DNA from: Marsupella aquatica | Lineage: Eukaryota; Plantae; Marchantiophyta | Assembly: GCA_973895155.1 (NCBI GenBank) | Contig: OZ316892.1 | Location: 1,006,917-1,070,916 of the forward strand | Direction: 5' to 3' | DNA: 64,000 nucleotides | Shown here: positions 11,611 through 23,483 of the stretch, piece after piece | Numbering within the stretch: position 1 is the stretch's first letter | How the letters are laid out: each line of letters begins with the position of its first letter | Notes under the pieces: model-generated | The model's database searches: none | What the model was told of the DNA's origin: nothing | Seen by the model: the letters and a program-made list of their open reading frames with translations, nothing else | Made by a program: the position numbers and the translations under genes

Positions 11611-13071
11611 TCATTCGTCGTCAATGTTGATTGGTTGGTTGTCATAAGGTGGCATAGTAGTAGTGGGTGGACGAGCCCTGCGAGGAGGGCCAGCATTGAC
11701 ATTGGAAGGAATAGGGGGAATAAGATTCAAGAGGGATTTCATTTCATCCTGAGATCGATTACCCCTAAAGAGCTCTGTAAGCAACGCTGCGTGCTGCTGG
11801 TGATGGATCAAATCTACCTGGTGTTGGTGCTCCAACCGAGCCCTCTTCTCCTCATGCCTCCTTTGTATTCGATCCTTCTTGTCTTGCTGAGCTGCTGCTA
11901 CTTCTCTAGCCTCTTGCCTATCAAGTAATTCTTGGGTTCTCCACTTGTCCTTAGTTTGAATCATCTCTCGTCTGTACATAGACTTGTCACCAATCTTGTC
12001 TAGGTAAAGGTCGGCCATAGATGATCTAGACTGTGCCTGCGCTGAAGGCGGGGCAGCCCTCTTATTAGGAACACGCCTTTGCCCATTCCCAGGTGGAGTA
12101 GGAATAGGCCTAGATTGCGACTCCTCTTCGACACTGCCTGGTGTGCCGGTGTTAGCAGTGTTTTGCTCAGTCGCTGCGGGTTGGGCATGAGTTTGAGTTC
12201 CACCATTCACTTCAGAAGCAGTGTGGGGAACGTCTTCTTGCTGCGTTGGTGCTCCATCGTCGACAGGAAATTCAGATTCATCCTGTTGCAGCCCAACATT
12301 GTCATAATCTTGTGCTTCATCATCAGACGTTGGATCACAAATGAGCTCAGGCTGGCCAGGTATCCCACATTGAGCCAACGCTGGAGGTGCCACATTAGCC
12401 CGCTCCCCATAAAGCTGACTCATCCGTTCAAAATGTGGGAAAATCTTCTCGAGTTTGTCTTCCAGAGTAATCCCCACCCTCAGCTCAGCCAAGGTTAGCC
12501 CAGCGCCAGAGTCACTTTTCATTGCCAGGGCCTCCTTCCACTTGGATGTGTATCTGTTAAACCTCTTTCCCAGATTCTCTCCTGTCGTCACAAACTTGGC
12601 AAATCCGTTAGAATGCAGGAGCACAAGCATCAGTTTGAAAACTGTTTTCTTCAAGGGATGCTTCTCCCCAACTGCTAGCCGAGCTCGCGACCCATGAAGC
12701 ATGGCATAGTTGTTAGGATCTTCGAGCCAATCTACTATCTTTGATAAGTCATCCCTTGACAACTTTATGTTCTCAGCAAGAGTGCTTGTTGCCGGACGAG
12801 GTGCAGATCTAGCTTGTGCTCCACCGGATGCACCACCTACGACCATAGCTTCGACTGCTTGAGAATCCTGCACGAAGTCAGTTGGTCCAAACAAATTCTG
12901 AATCTCAAATTGCCGTGCTTCGCCAAATTCATGTGCAGAGTCATGCTCACAAGGGTCCATGGTATCCTCTATAACAGGGGCTAGCCTCTCACTCGGATCC
13001 CAAAATTCTGCGTCAAGTTCTGGGGGGGGAAGTTTGAGACTTTCAAATGTTTCGACGAAGTGGCTGCACAT
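11611..13071 (-). CDS. Harbinger-associated Myb/SANT-like DNA-binding protein, 486 aa, intact
   Basis: IVDWLEDPNNY...KWKEA...SGAGLT...LEDKLEKIFPHFERMSQLYGERANVAP is the pattern of the second ORF of fungal/oomycete-type Harbinger elements. It is followed by an acidic/disordered middle and a C-terminal coiled coil, and lies inside the TIRs. Confidence 0.75.
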   Translation of the reverse strand: MCSHFVETFESLKLPPPELDAEFWDPSERLAPVIEDTMDPCEHDSAHEFGEARQFEIQNLFGPTDFVQDSQAVEAMVVGGASGGAQARSAPRPATSTLAENIKLSRDDLSKIVDWLEDPNNYAMLHGSRARLAVGEKHPLKKTVFKLMLVLLHSNGFAKFVTTGENLGKRFNRYTSKWKEALAMKSDSGAGLTLAELRVGITLEDKLEKIFPHFERMSQLYGERANVAPPALAQCGIPGQPELICDPTSDDEAQDYDNVGLQQDESEFPVDDGAPTQQEDVPHTASEVNGGTQTHAQPAATEQNTANTGTPGSVEEESQSRPIPTPPGNGQRRVPNKRAAPPSAQAQSRSSMADLYLDKIGDKSMYRREMIQTKDKWRTQELLDRQEAREVAAAQQDKKDRIQRRHEEKRARLEHQHQVDLIHHQQHAALLTELFRGNRSQDEMKSLLNLIPPIPSNVNAGPPRRARPPTTTMPPYDNQPINIDDE

Positions 13072-15659
13072 TCATGGCTCCTTGTCAAAATGTGCGTGGA
13101 AGTCTCATGGTGGCGAGAGTAAAAAACGGCAGCATCAGTGACGATTTCGAACTAGATATGGGCGGGGGCGAGTTTTATTAGTCCGGCACACCCGCGGTGG
13201 GCCCTCTCAAAGTAAGTACCCCGTTGGTCCTGCGCACCCGGGACTTGGGTTTCGGTGACCGTCTTGGCCGGGAATTTAGGGGGACGGCCGTCCGGGAAAA
13301 AGTTCCGGGTGCCTAGTTTGAGACGCCCTATTAGTGTGACGGGAACTTTTCCAACACAATATCATATACAGGCCAATGCAGTGGGGCTGTGGCGGACTAG
13401 CTACTGTAGTAGGGTTTGTAAATGAAACTGTGCCAGATGTCCACCCACAGTGAAATGTCACCTCAGGTTAGCATAGTTTACCTAAGTTAACCTATATTGC
13501 AAATGGGGGCAGATTTCTAATTACCATACAGTAGTTCTGGAAGCAGGTTTAATTCAGAACGAAGACTACAGTAGTGAGTAGTCTGGGGAGTGGGATAGTA
13601 AAACATGGTAAAACATTGCCATGTCAGCTATGGGGAATGCTCGTACAATCGAGGAGCTCTGCATGGAACGTCTGTAAAGTTGGCGGGACTTTTAATTTAA
13701 GTCCTGATACAGTGATAACTCATAAGGGAGGTGAGATTGTGAAGACAAAGGTCTCCTGACCCAACAGTGTCATTCCCAGGTTGACAGGAAAATTAGGTTC
13801 GAGCCATGCCCAGGATTCCCTCTTTTTTCGGGTGGTCACTCCTTTTTCTATTTTAGTTGTCACTTAACGCCCTTAGTGATTTTTGTCTTTGTTCTGGGCA
13901 TCTGTGGAAAGGTATACACAGTCAAGATTTGTATCTGTCAGCTCATTCTGAAAATTCTACTCTCTTTTCACACAACCAGTAAACCTATAAATCTCTTAGG
14001 CCTTGAATTAAGCGTACTATAAGTAGTACTACCCCGAACAAGAACTTAGGCTAGTTCTATCTTCAGCCAATATATAAAAGTGGTGCAGGGGCAAGTTACT
14101 GATTAAAATAGTTTTGCCACCATGTTAGAAAGCGAGGACTACAGTAGTTTGGGGACCAGGTTAGTAAACTTTGTGCAATAATAGCACCTCAAAACTCGAG
14201 CTGAAATTTGATGGGTACGTTATGGCACACAATACCTTGTAAAGTTGTAATTTGATGCTGTCTGCTGCTTCAGGGAATGGGATTTTTTGAAATGTTCGAG
14301 GCCCAATACCAACAGATATCTCTCGATCCAGATCGAACGAACAAGTGTGGACTGATTTATGAATTCTGTTCCAATTTACATGGAATGAAGTGCAATAGTA
14401 AGTTTTCAAGGCGACAAGTCCTGACCAGACCAGATGATTTATGAATGACCTGAGTTATTTAACGTGAGACTACATGACATGGCAAATTAACCACTGTTGC
14501 CCCTATCTGGTACGAAACAGTAGTGTACTTCACTCTAGAGTCGTCACTCGTCACCCACTTCCCACATTTCCCACATACCCACGCCTCTGGCCAGTCTGTG
14601 GCGTGATGAGGTCGGTCCCTGCACGCGCACAGCAAAGTGCATGAGCCTGGGCTCCGCTGGCTCTGCCATTCTGCCAATGTGTGAAGCGATGGAATAGATC
14701 GAGGTCATAAAACTCCAAAAATAGGAGGTGATCAGGTGACCTAAGGGTGTGCGCACATTCCCACAACTCGTCAGAAGAAGGTTGGTCAGATATTGTTGGA
14801 CCAATAGTCTAAGATAGCCTTACGGTTTTATTCTCTACTTTTTATATTAGGAGAGAAGAGTCAAGAGTACATGAGAAATAAAGTGCCAGCGGAGGACATC
14901 TCATTCGTATGGTGGGTCACAGCCATTTATTTAAACAGACCGAGAAAACCTGGAGCCCTGGAGGGACCACTTCCAAGAATAGCAAAAGCCCCAATCCAAG
15001 AGCCCCTTCCCCAGCTGCACAAAGAGCACACCCGAGATCAAAAAGGACCCAAATACTTGGGACTCTCGGGCTCTTTGGTCTGACTCCTTCTTTGTGGTCT
15101 CTCCTTTGATAGGGTCTCATGCATGTGGGCTCAAGTCTCCAGGTTGCGCACCTCTTGTTTTTTTTGCAATGTGATATATAGCAGGTACCTAAGACCCCAA
15201 GCTAATTAACACACCAGAAAGGACCCCAACTAAGACGGGATTTATGAGTTCATTTTGATTAGGTGAAAATCTTACAGAGGACAAAAACAAGAAAAACCAC
15301 AAGCAACACATAGTTTCAGATTAAGGAAATATTTGACTGTAGAAGAAAGAAAGGTGGGTAAATGAAAATAATTAAGAAAAATACTGAATCAAGTAAGCAG
15401 TCACGTAAATCATCAGTTGAAAAAATGATTAAACATAAGCTCAAAGTTAATTTGTAAACAGGGAAACACTAGAACGACCCCTCCAAAATTATTAGAGTAC
15501 CTTAGAATTGACTATATCAATTGTTAAGTTCTACCAAAGAGTTTTGGTCAAACTGACTAAACAAACACTGACTTTTGTCAATCTTTCATACCATAGTGCT
15601 TGTGACAAAGAGACGCAAACACAGCTACCTGAGACACTGTACCGTTTAGTGAAAATACC

Positions 15660-15833
15660 CCCTCTAAGTTGTCTACTGCACATGCTTCCGACCTCCACGG
15701 CCTCTAAGTTGTCTACTGTAGTGCGAGCTGTAGTGTATCTTACAGTGAAAATACACTATAACTTGTCTAGTGTACATGCCCCCTGACCTCTACTATAGCC
15801 CTCTACGTTGTCTAGTGTTATGCCCCTGACCTC
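15660..15833. repeat. Degenerate ~40-bp tandem repeat
   Basis: CCTCTA(A/C)GTTGTCTA(C/G)TG...ATGC..C.GACCTC recurs about 4 times. Confidence 0.6.
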
Positions 15834-18800
15834 TTGGAGAAGGCCATCACTCTTTGGAGATGCAATGCCCAGATCTGTGACCAGGGAATTGTGAAACATG
15901 ACACTAAGTCACCCTACATGTTGTGTAAAAATGACTCAATCCCCAAAAGCATTTCGAGTTCCTATTAACAGGTGATTTTGGAGATAGAAATTAAATTTGT
16001 TTTTGAAGAATGTCACCCTTTAAACCCATTTCATGCCCCCATCCGCTTCGATTAAAAGACAATATTGCCCCACTCAACTCAGCCCCGCCCCCCCATCCGG
16101 CCAGCCTCCCTCGGAAAAACAAAGAAACCAGTTCCTCTCAGTCGCTCCCATTTGCAACTGCCGGCCCAACGCCGCCTAGCCTCTCGATCCCCCAAATAAT
16201 AATAATCCACATCCCAAATAACTTTCTCTCGTCCCTTACTCCCTTTCCTGCGTCGTAAGTGCAAAAAACAGGTCGCCCTTTCCCACCAAAAGAGTAAAAT
16301 ATGAAATGGTCTCCCAATATAGAAAATAAATGCAAATTTTAATTCGCTCCCCTACTGTAGAATGCAACTTGCGTATCCTGCTGGAATAGTACTCCACTCC
16401 GTAACAAATACGGAGGCGACGCCGGTCAGTGCACGTCGAACGGTGAGGCCTGACGGCGACGGTGCGGGCCCTCCGCGAGTCCCGAACTCCCGATCGTGCG
16501 ACTGCCAAGTCGGACTACACAGTCCCCCGGTACACAGTGGACGGTCCAGTCAGCATGGGAGCGAGTTAACCATAACTAGTGCATTGGCTGGCCGACCAGT
16601 CTTTGTCGTCTTTGTCTTATCATGGAACCGTATCAGGTGGCCCCCCACCCCCGGGCCCCGCTTGCTGGCTCGCCTGCGGCTGGGTTCCCGCTTCCTGCCT
16701 GCCTGCCCGCGTGCTTGCTTGTCTGCGCGCAGTCAGCCTTGAAAATTGTGGGAATGCACTTTTGGTCGGTTCCTTTCGAGACCAGATGTAATGATGAGTA
16801 ACCACTGTGACACCGATTCTCCTTTTTTTTAATTTGTTGTTGTCCTCCAGAAACGGTAAGTTTTGTTTTGGTTTTGAATGCAGTTGTGGTATGGGTCCTA
16901 TACTCCTATGGGATGTCGAATGTCTTGCTTATGGGACGATGCCCGAGTGAGCGACCGTTGTTTTCACCCACACCGCTGCTAACCTACATCAAAATCAAAT
17001 TCTGCAGCAGTTCAAGTATACCCAGCATGCCTAGATCGTTCGTTCGTTCGTGGCGAACGGGCTTGCTGACGTGATGGTGCACTGAAATATATGCTTCGTA
17101 AGTGTGAACAAGCACAGAGTTTCCTAGTATGCTTGTTTGGTCGGCTGTCCGTTACCGCATTGTCAGGACTAGGGACTCTTGAAGAATGAGGATCTCTTGA
17201 CGTCCCATCTTGTCCCATAAAGAGACGTCTAGTGAGCTCAAATTGCGAGTGGATTTTCCAATAAAACGACTCAGTCTTCAAAACTGTAATCACAAGTGGA
17301 TCGTACCAGTCGGTGCCTTGGAACTGTGCCTGGGCCGGAGTAGTGAGCTGTGATCGATGAGCAGTACGGTAGGTCAATTTCGTACGGCATGGGGGATCGT
17401 GGCTTCCAACATCAACCCTCTGATACAATGTCGAGGAAATAAAATCGTAAAAATACTAGTACGATTTCGCTTCATTTGATGTATGTGAGTCTCAGATTCC
17501 TCTTGTATTTGGGGTTAGTTGGTATCCGCACGCCGGTCGTGGATCTGCGCTACCCGCAAAACGGAGGGCGTGCGAAGGTCCGTCCGATTCAGTCGTGGGT
17601 CTTTTAAAATACTTAAGTGGAACTGCAGGCTGGGGGCGTCACGATTCCATAAGAGTGTTTTTCCGCAGCCAAATGAGTCTGGTATGTCAGGATCAATACT
17701 TCGAACCACGTCAATTGACCTTTTTACTTAAAAAAATGGACTCCGAGATCTAGACTCGCACCGCCGGGCACACACCGCGTCACGCACTTTTTGGAATTCA
17801 GATCCTTATCCTTTCCGCTGATGAGCAGCTGCGAGTCCTGTAACAGATTTTGTGGAATTCCATGGATCTTACCTAATTAAAGCTTAAATTGTGTATTCAA
17901 AGGACAAATCTAGCGAGCGATGCCACGACTGCAAACTTGGCAAAATATACAAACAGTCCATCTTAAATGTGTGTACTTGCTTGCAATGCAGCAGTTAGAA
18001 CACGGTTGCGTGGAATTAGCCACTCGGCCACTGACTACAGTATTGCTGTAATTATCACATGCATGTGACGTTTACAACGAATGCATTTAGACTTTCGTCC
18101 TCCACGACATTTACCTATCTAGTTTTTTGGCCCGTCACACGTGAAATTTACAACTATTCCACAATGAATCCTTCGCTGACAATAATTTCACCACATTTAG
18201 TTCATGTTCGTTGAGACCTCAAGTCTTTACAACACTTCCAAACTCCAACGCTTCCAATTGTAGACTTACCCGACAGTACTATTCCCAACTAGGTTAATCC
18301 ATCGTAGATACGTGCGGACGTGCCCCACAGTCGCACTCACTATTAATTGTTGCTGTTGCACTTGCTGTATTTTGTTGTATAGCTTCTTGTTTCGTAGTGC
18401 AGGTTTTAAGGTTTGGCCCATTGAGGGTGCATTTTTTAATTATTCCCGTAGACTGTTCTCTTGTCTTTCTTGTGTTCGTTTGGGCCTTTACCTGCTTTTT
18501 TATTATTTTTGCTGGGGCTGTTCTTTTGTCGCTTTCTCGTTGACAGATTTCCCACCGTCTATTGACTGTAGGTAATGAACATCATCGAGGCAGAGATTTT
18601 CCACCGTTTGTTTCATTGAACGGCACGCAATTTTCAGGCAGCCTGCTAGAGTGAAGGTTGGATTGAACCACTGTACAATTACCTGTCTGACGGGAGAGTA
18701 AACCTGTCAGGTATATAATGATTCGTAATACTGCAGGTCTTCGGTTCACAAATTATATCAGATGTCATGTCATTCTATGGCCAATCCCAACGCTACGTAG

Positions 18801-19214
18801 GTGAAATTCCAAACTAATGTCCAGCTAGGCAAACAGATCCGATTTATTATTCTCAATGAGTAATGAAGAATCGAAATTGATCCCCCGCAAAACAACGGAA
18901 TATTGATCAGAGGTGTACCATCGTCAAGACTAAATTGCACTGCCAATCAGTCCATCCAGAAGACTACAATATGTCATTTGCATCTTCGGACATTCCATCG
19001 GGCAAAGGACCAGTTCATCCCAACGCTCATTCAATCCGGTGATCGATCACCACTGTGCATATTCCGTCCTATATATATGAGCACGTAAATTTGCTAAAAC
19101 CACGTAATTAACTCGACTGAAGTCAAGCAAAAAAAAAGCTTATAGTTTGGAAAAACATTCGGCAGGCAATGAATTGGCCGCTGTTGTAATGATATATCAC
19201 ATGTCACCACTCAA

Positions 19215-21707
19215 AGTTGCGCAGGGATGTCTTCTTTATTGGCAGAATAAAGGGCCGTGTCCATTGCACAGATTAAAGCTTGGTAGTTTTTCATACACCC
19301 ACTGAATTCGGTGGAGAATGTCCAAAAAGACAAGACAAACTTTTGTAGTACGTCTTCGCATACAAACGTGGTGTGGTTAGGTCCGCATTACACACCTGCA
19401 GCGTTGAAATATCTGTCTCCACAACAAGCACTTAAGGTGCTGTGAAACCTGGACGAAGATTTCAAACGAACACACTTATTCAAAAAATGCAATGTAAGGT
19501 ATTGAAGGAAGCAAGTCCCGACATAATTGCGTAATGATCAGCTGTCTGCGATGCGTACATTTCTATAGATTAAAAGTAAAGCACAGAATTACCCATCGTG
19601 ACGCATGATGACTGACTAATTAATTGCCATTTGATCAATTTAAATTAGGACGTGATCGGGGGCACCTAGCAAAGGAACCTGGTAAAATATATTGCGAAGG
19701 AACCGAACAGTCGACCAAACGGGCAGGCAAGTCAAGTTTGATTGACCACAAGGACGGAAGAGGAGAGACCATCTCAGGCCACAGACCTAGAGTCGGCATT
19801 TCCATGAATGATACCCTCAGACAATAATGTCGAAACGATTCACCATCACCGCGTGCACGTTAAGAAGCTTGGCACACCGGAGATGTGGCAACGCCAAGCT
19901 GTAAGCCTTGGCTAATTGGGCTGCCGCATCCACCCAGATCCCATTAGTTCCATTTGCTGCGGCCATAGGCTGCGGTGAGCACCCCAGAAGCCCAATCCCG
20001 CCGAGGCTCACTACCTTTCGAACTCCCGCGGAATTCATTGTCTGCACGCGTCATGATTATGAAGAATTAGTGTAAATATGTGACCGAGATATTTACGGCT
20101 TACAAATTTCACAGCTCAAATATGAATCGGTAATCCAGCGTCAATTCATGTGAAACAGCATAAACGATTCGGAAGGGTTGGCTGTAGTTCTACAGTAAAC
20201 AATTGCCAAATAATTGCCCAAACCCAGACCAGTGTCTCCTAATTAACTTTGAAACATGTAGGTCAAGCTTGCTTCATCGTTCCCGGGATTCATTTCCAAA
20301 GGACAGAAAATACCAGGTCACTCAGATCGATCCATGGCGGATCTACCTGGCCCTTGCACCTTCACATGCGCCTCTAGGTTAAAGCCAGAAAGTATATGAC
20401 TACATCTCAGCGATTTTTAAGAGATCTCTATGGTAGGCTGGTTATGTTTTGCTATCAAGCGCGTCCAACCCATAAGGAGAACAAGTTCGATTCAAGGATG
20501 AAATAGGATTGGGAAATTACACAGCAATGATCCACATATTTGTGAACGAAATGCACCTGAACATGTGCTCGACGCTCAGAAAGAACTCTGGGGACGAATT
20601 TTGTAGAGCTGACAATTTGGTGTAGAGTAGAACTTCTGAAGTATCCCGACAGATCGTTGCTGCCAGTGGCGAAAGAGTGCATGGAGTTGGAGATCAAATT
20701 CCCGGCAGCTGCCGCGCCCAAGTCGCTTGTCAGCTTTGTTGCAACTTGCTGAGACTGACTGACATGAGTTGTCAGAAGAATAACGCCCTGTCGAGATGAT
20801 AGTTTAGTGTCAGTCCTCCGATATTGGAGGGATTACTTGGAAGCGTATTCAAAACTAGTAAGCCCATCATGATATAAGACGAACCACCGTAGGACATCGT
20901 GGTAGATGAAACATTAATGCATGATTGTGGATCCACTATTGGACTTAAACCACCATGACCGGTGGTGGAAAGGACTCCACTGCCTCCAGATGCAAAGTTG
21001 GCATCTATTCCAAAGGCAACTCTCGGTTGCAGAAACGGTGGCACGAAAGGCAGACCAAGACGAGAAGCTGCAAAACCAAAGTTTTTGACGACAGTTTCGC
21101 CACACAAACTGGTCAACGTGTGGTAATCTCCATGAGAAACTGACAGTAATTTCTGGCGACTGAGCAAAAATGCTCTTCCCTCGTTCGGATTGCCTTTAAA
21201 GTAGACGAAAGCTCGATTGAGGGATGTCTTTCGACCACTGAACTATCAACATCTCGATTGAGGGATCTCTTTCGCTGTTGAACAATGAACATTGTAGGTA
21301 ACACCAATACATAAGGGCTGCGGTGGAGCAACTACTGTACAGCCTCCTAAGCTTTTAGACGTACCTTGAGAGTCCAAGGCAAGACATCCACTAGAAAACC
21401 GTCTAATAGCCCTGTGGAAATAAATCGCGCCACAGGGACGACAATCAGCGAGCCGGGTCGAAACCTCGATCATTAATTCGTTGGTTTCAGCGTCTACGAG
21501 CTCTGAGTCTCCAAACGCAAAGGTTGCTGGCACTCTTGTCCAAGGGTAAGCCACAGCAACGTTCGTCCTGCTGCAAAGTCCAACTATAAGAAGCGAGAGC
21601 AGGACCGGCCAGCGCCTGAGTACTGCAGCCAGTTTGCTCCATGAGTCCTCCCCTGGGGGGTTTTGCTCAAGTCTTCCTAGGCTCGCAGATCTCGAGATGC
21701 CGATCAA
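19215..21707 (-). pseudogene. GDSL esterase/lipase pseudogene, 5 exons
   Basis: Exon 1 (21707-21365): hydrophobic signal, VPATFAFGDSELVD...RFSSG. Exon 2 (from 21067): ASRLGLPFVPPFL...ANFASGGSG. Exon 3 (to 20557): ATGSNDL. Exon 4 (from 20041): AGVRKVV.LG.IG.LGCSP. Exon 5 (~19448-19215): SACCG..YFNA..*CG...CED...FW/DILH. Contains in-frame stops, frameshifts and many substitutions at conserved sites. Confidence 0.85.
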
Positions 21708-23430
21708 TAGAAAAGGTTGGAGCAGAAAACAGCCGGAGACGACTGTAATCCACGAGAAAGCTGTCCAACAAAGGTCTCGTAGCCTTTAGAAGGGGGACTG
21801 TTTCTGAAGTAGTCAAAAATCAATCGTGGATGATAGTAGTAGTGCAAAGTCGGTTCGCACCAAAGGTTGTCACTTGAAACCTCCAGACCGGTGGAACTTT
21901 CGAGACCGGTGGAACTTTCGATCGTTAGAATCGAGTTAAAATGTGTGAGAAGAATTGACCAACGAAGGGGAAACTCTTGAAAGCTGTTGTTGTTACGTCG
22001 ACGGTGTTGTAGTAGTTGTACTCTCAGGAGTTCCCTGCAGGCATATAGATAGGACTCTAGGTGATGCATATGGCATCGATTTAGACCTGTGCCTGAAAAC
22101 TTTATCAAATCCAGTCGCCATGGTCCAGCTGCTGCTTCTGCTACTTGTCGAAGGGAGCAATCATAATTATGAAGAAGAGCTCGTTCTGATATCGATCCAG
22201 CATGCTTGTCACAGTATAGCCCAATTGAGCCAATCTGGCAGCGACGAGGTCGATTTTGACTAGGGAACGCGTGCATTTCCTGCTTCTTCCTCCTCCTCCT
22301 CAGGATGCAATCACAATCGCAACTCCGGCACAGCACGCCATCCATTTCGCTCGCTGAATTTGATTTCTTGACAATGCAATCATCTCACTTTGGCTCCGGA
22401 CGTCCACTCGGACTCGGATCCAAAGCATGCACCGGCAGCAATATTGCCTCCCATCGGATCTCCTGCTGCTGCCCTCCCAGGAAGACGAAGACGCCTTCGT
22501 GCTGCGGTCGACACTTCTCACGCAGCCCAGCGGCACCCATCGCCACGATAGCAGCTGTAGACGTGTCCGTCTGTCTGTATAGACTTCAATAACAAGTTGA
22601 GAACTACTCCTACACAGCCCAAAGCACTGAAGAAACACACCCAGGTCAACCCAATTTGGTACTGATTAAAGGAACTGAGGAAGCTGCCCGCCCTCCCGCC
22701 CACCCGCCCAACCCTCCGCCTGGCCAACCATCGATCCGCCCGCAGTTGTCTCAGGCAGCTGAAAACCCAGCAGGCACCTGCTTGCTGCTGCTGCTGTTCC
22801 CCCATTAGTCATCATCCTTCTGTCGCTCTGATGATCATCCCATCGATCTTGGGACTGTAGTATCAGCAGCAGAGTAGAGTGAGGGAATTTCTCAAATCGT
22901 TGGCGTAATTTCCTTTCCTTTCTTTACTGTTTTGGTACAGTGCTGCAACAGAAGGATGCAGAACCACTTCCTGTGCTGCAGGACCTGAGGAAATGACGTA
23001 CCCTAACGATAACTTATTACTGGCAACGATCGTTGGATCTAAGTGATTGACGCTCCTTCTCCCCTTCACCTGCCATGACTGGGCGGCGATTCATCCTGAA
23101 TGAATAGAATTTATTTACGCCTTGAAAGATTCCAGGGAATTCCTGAATGAATATAAATTCGTCAGTCTTTACGCATCACTGGCGTCTCCTTTACTGGCCT
23201 CTTGCTTCTGCTCACAATCCTTCAGTAATTGGAAGTACAACCATGCAATTCTCCTTAGCAGTTGCAGTCTTGCACACAAAGATCCGCCAATTTCCGACAG
23301 GACAGGTTGAGACAATCCAGAAATTTAGACCGGCAGTTGTAATGACTATTATTGAGAGATTTGCACGAGAGTCAATCGTTTGTAGACTGAGACTCCTTAT
23401 CCAGGAATTTTGCGTTTGACATCATTACCT

Positions 23431-23483
23431 TTCCAAAAATGTGCACAAGGTCTGACCAGTAGTACTTGTGCACATTTTTGGAA
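23431..23483. repeat. Perfect 19-bp inverted repeat with a 15-nt loop
   Basis: TTCCAAAAATGTGCACAAG (23431-23449) / CTTGTGCACATTTTTGGAA (23465-23483). Confidence 0.95.

Larger units (their letters stand above)
9816..13329. mobile_element. PIF/Harbinger-type (PHIS) DNA transposon, internally deleted, three ORFs
   Basis: Perfect 18-bp TIRs AGGGCGTCTCAAACTAGG / CCTAGTTTGAGACGCCCT, extending imperfectly to GGAACTTTT. ATT duplicated at 9813-9815 and 13330-13332. Transposase remnant and Myb-like ORF are convergent. Confidence 0.88.

Noticed and set aside
14700-15250. Possible LINE 3' remnant
   Set aside because: No RT or zinc motif, TSD or clear poly(A) tail could be established.
16000-16900. GC-rich promoter-like block with a splice-donor-like GGTAAG at ~16855
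   Set aside because: No downstream coding exon or recognisable conserved miRNA found, so no gene call can be supported.
21704-22345. 213-aa ORF upstream of the GDSL locus
   Set aside because: No domain and UTR-like composition; more likely leader sequence.
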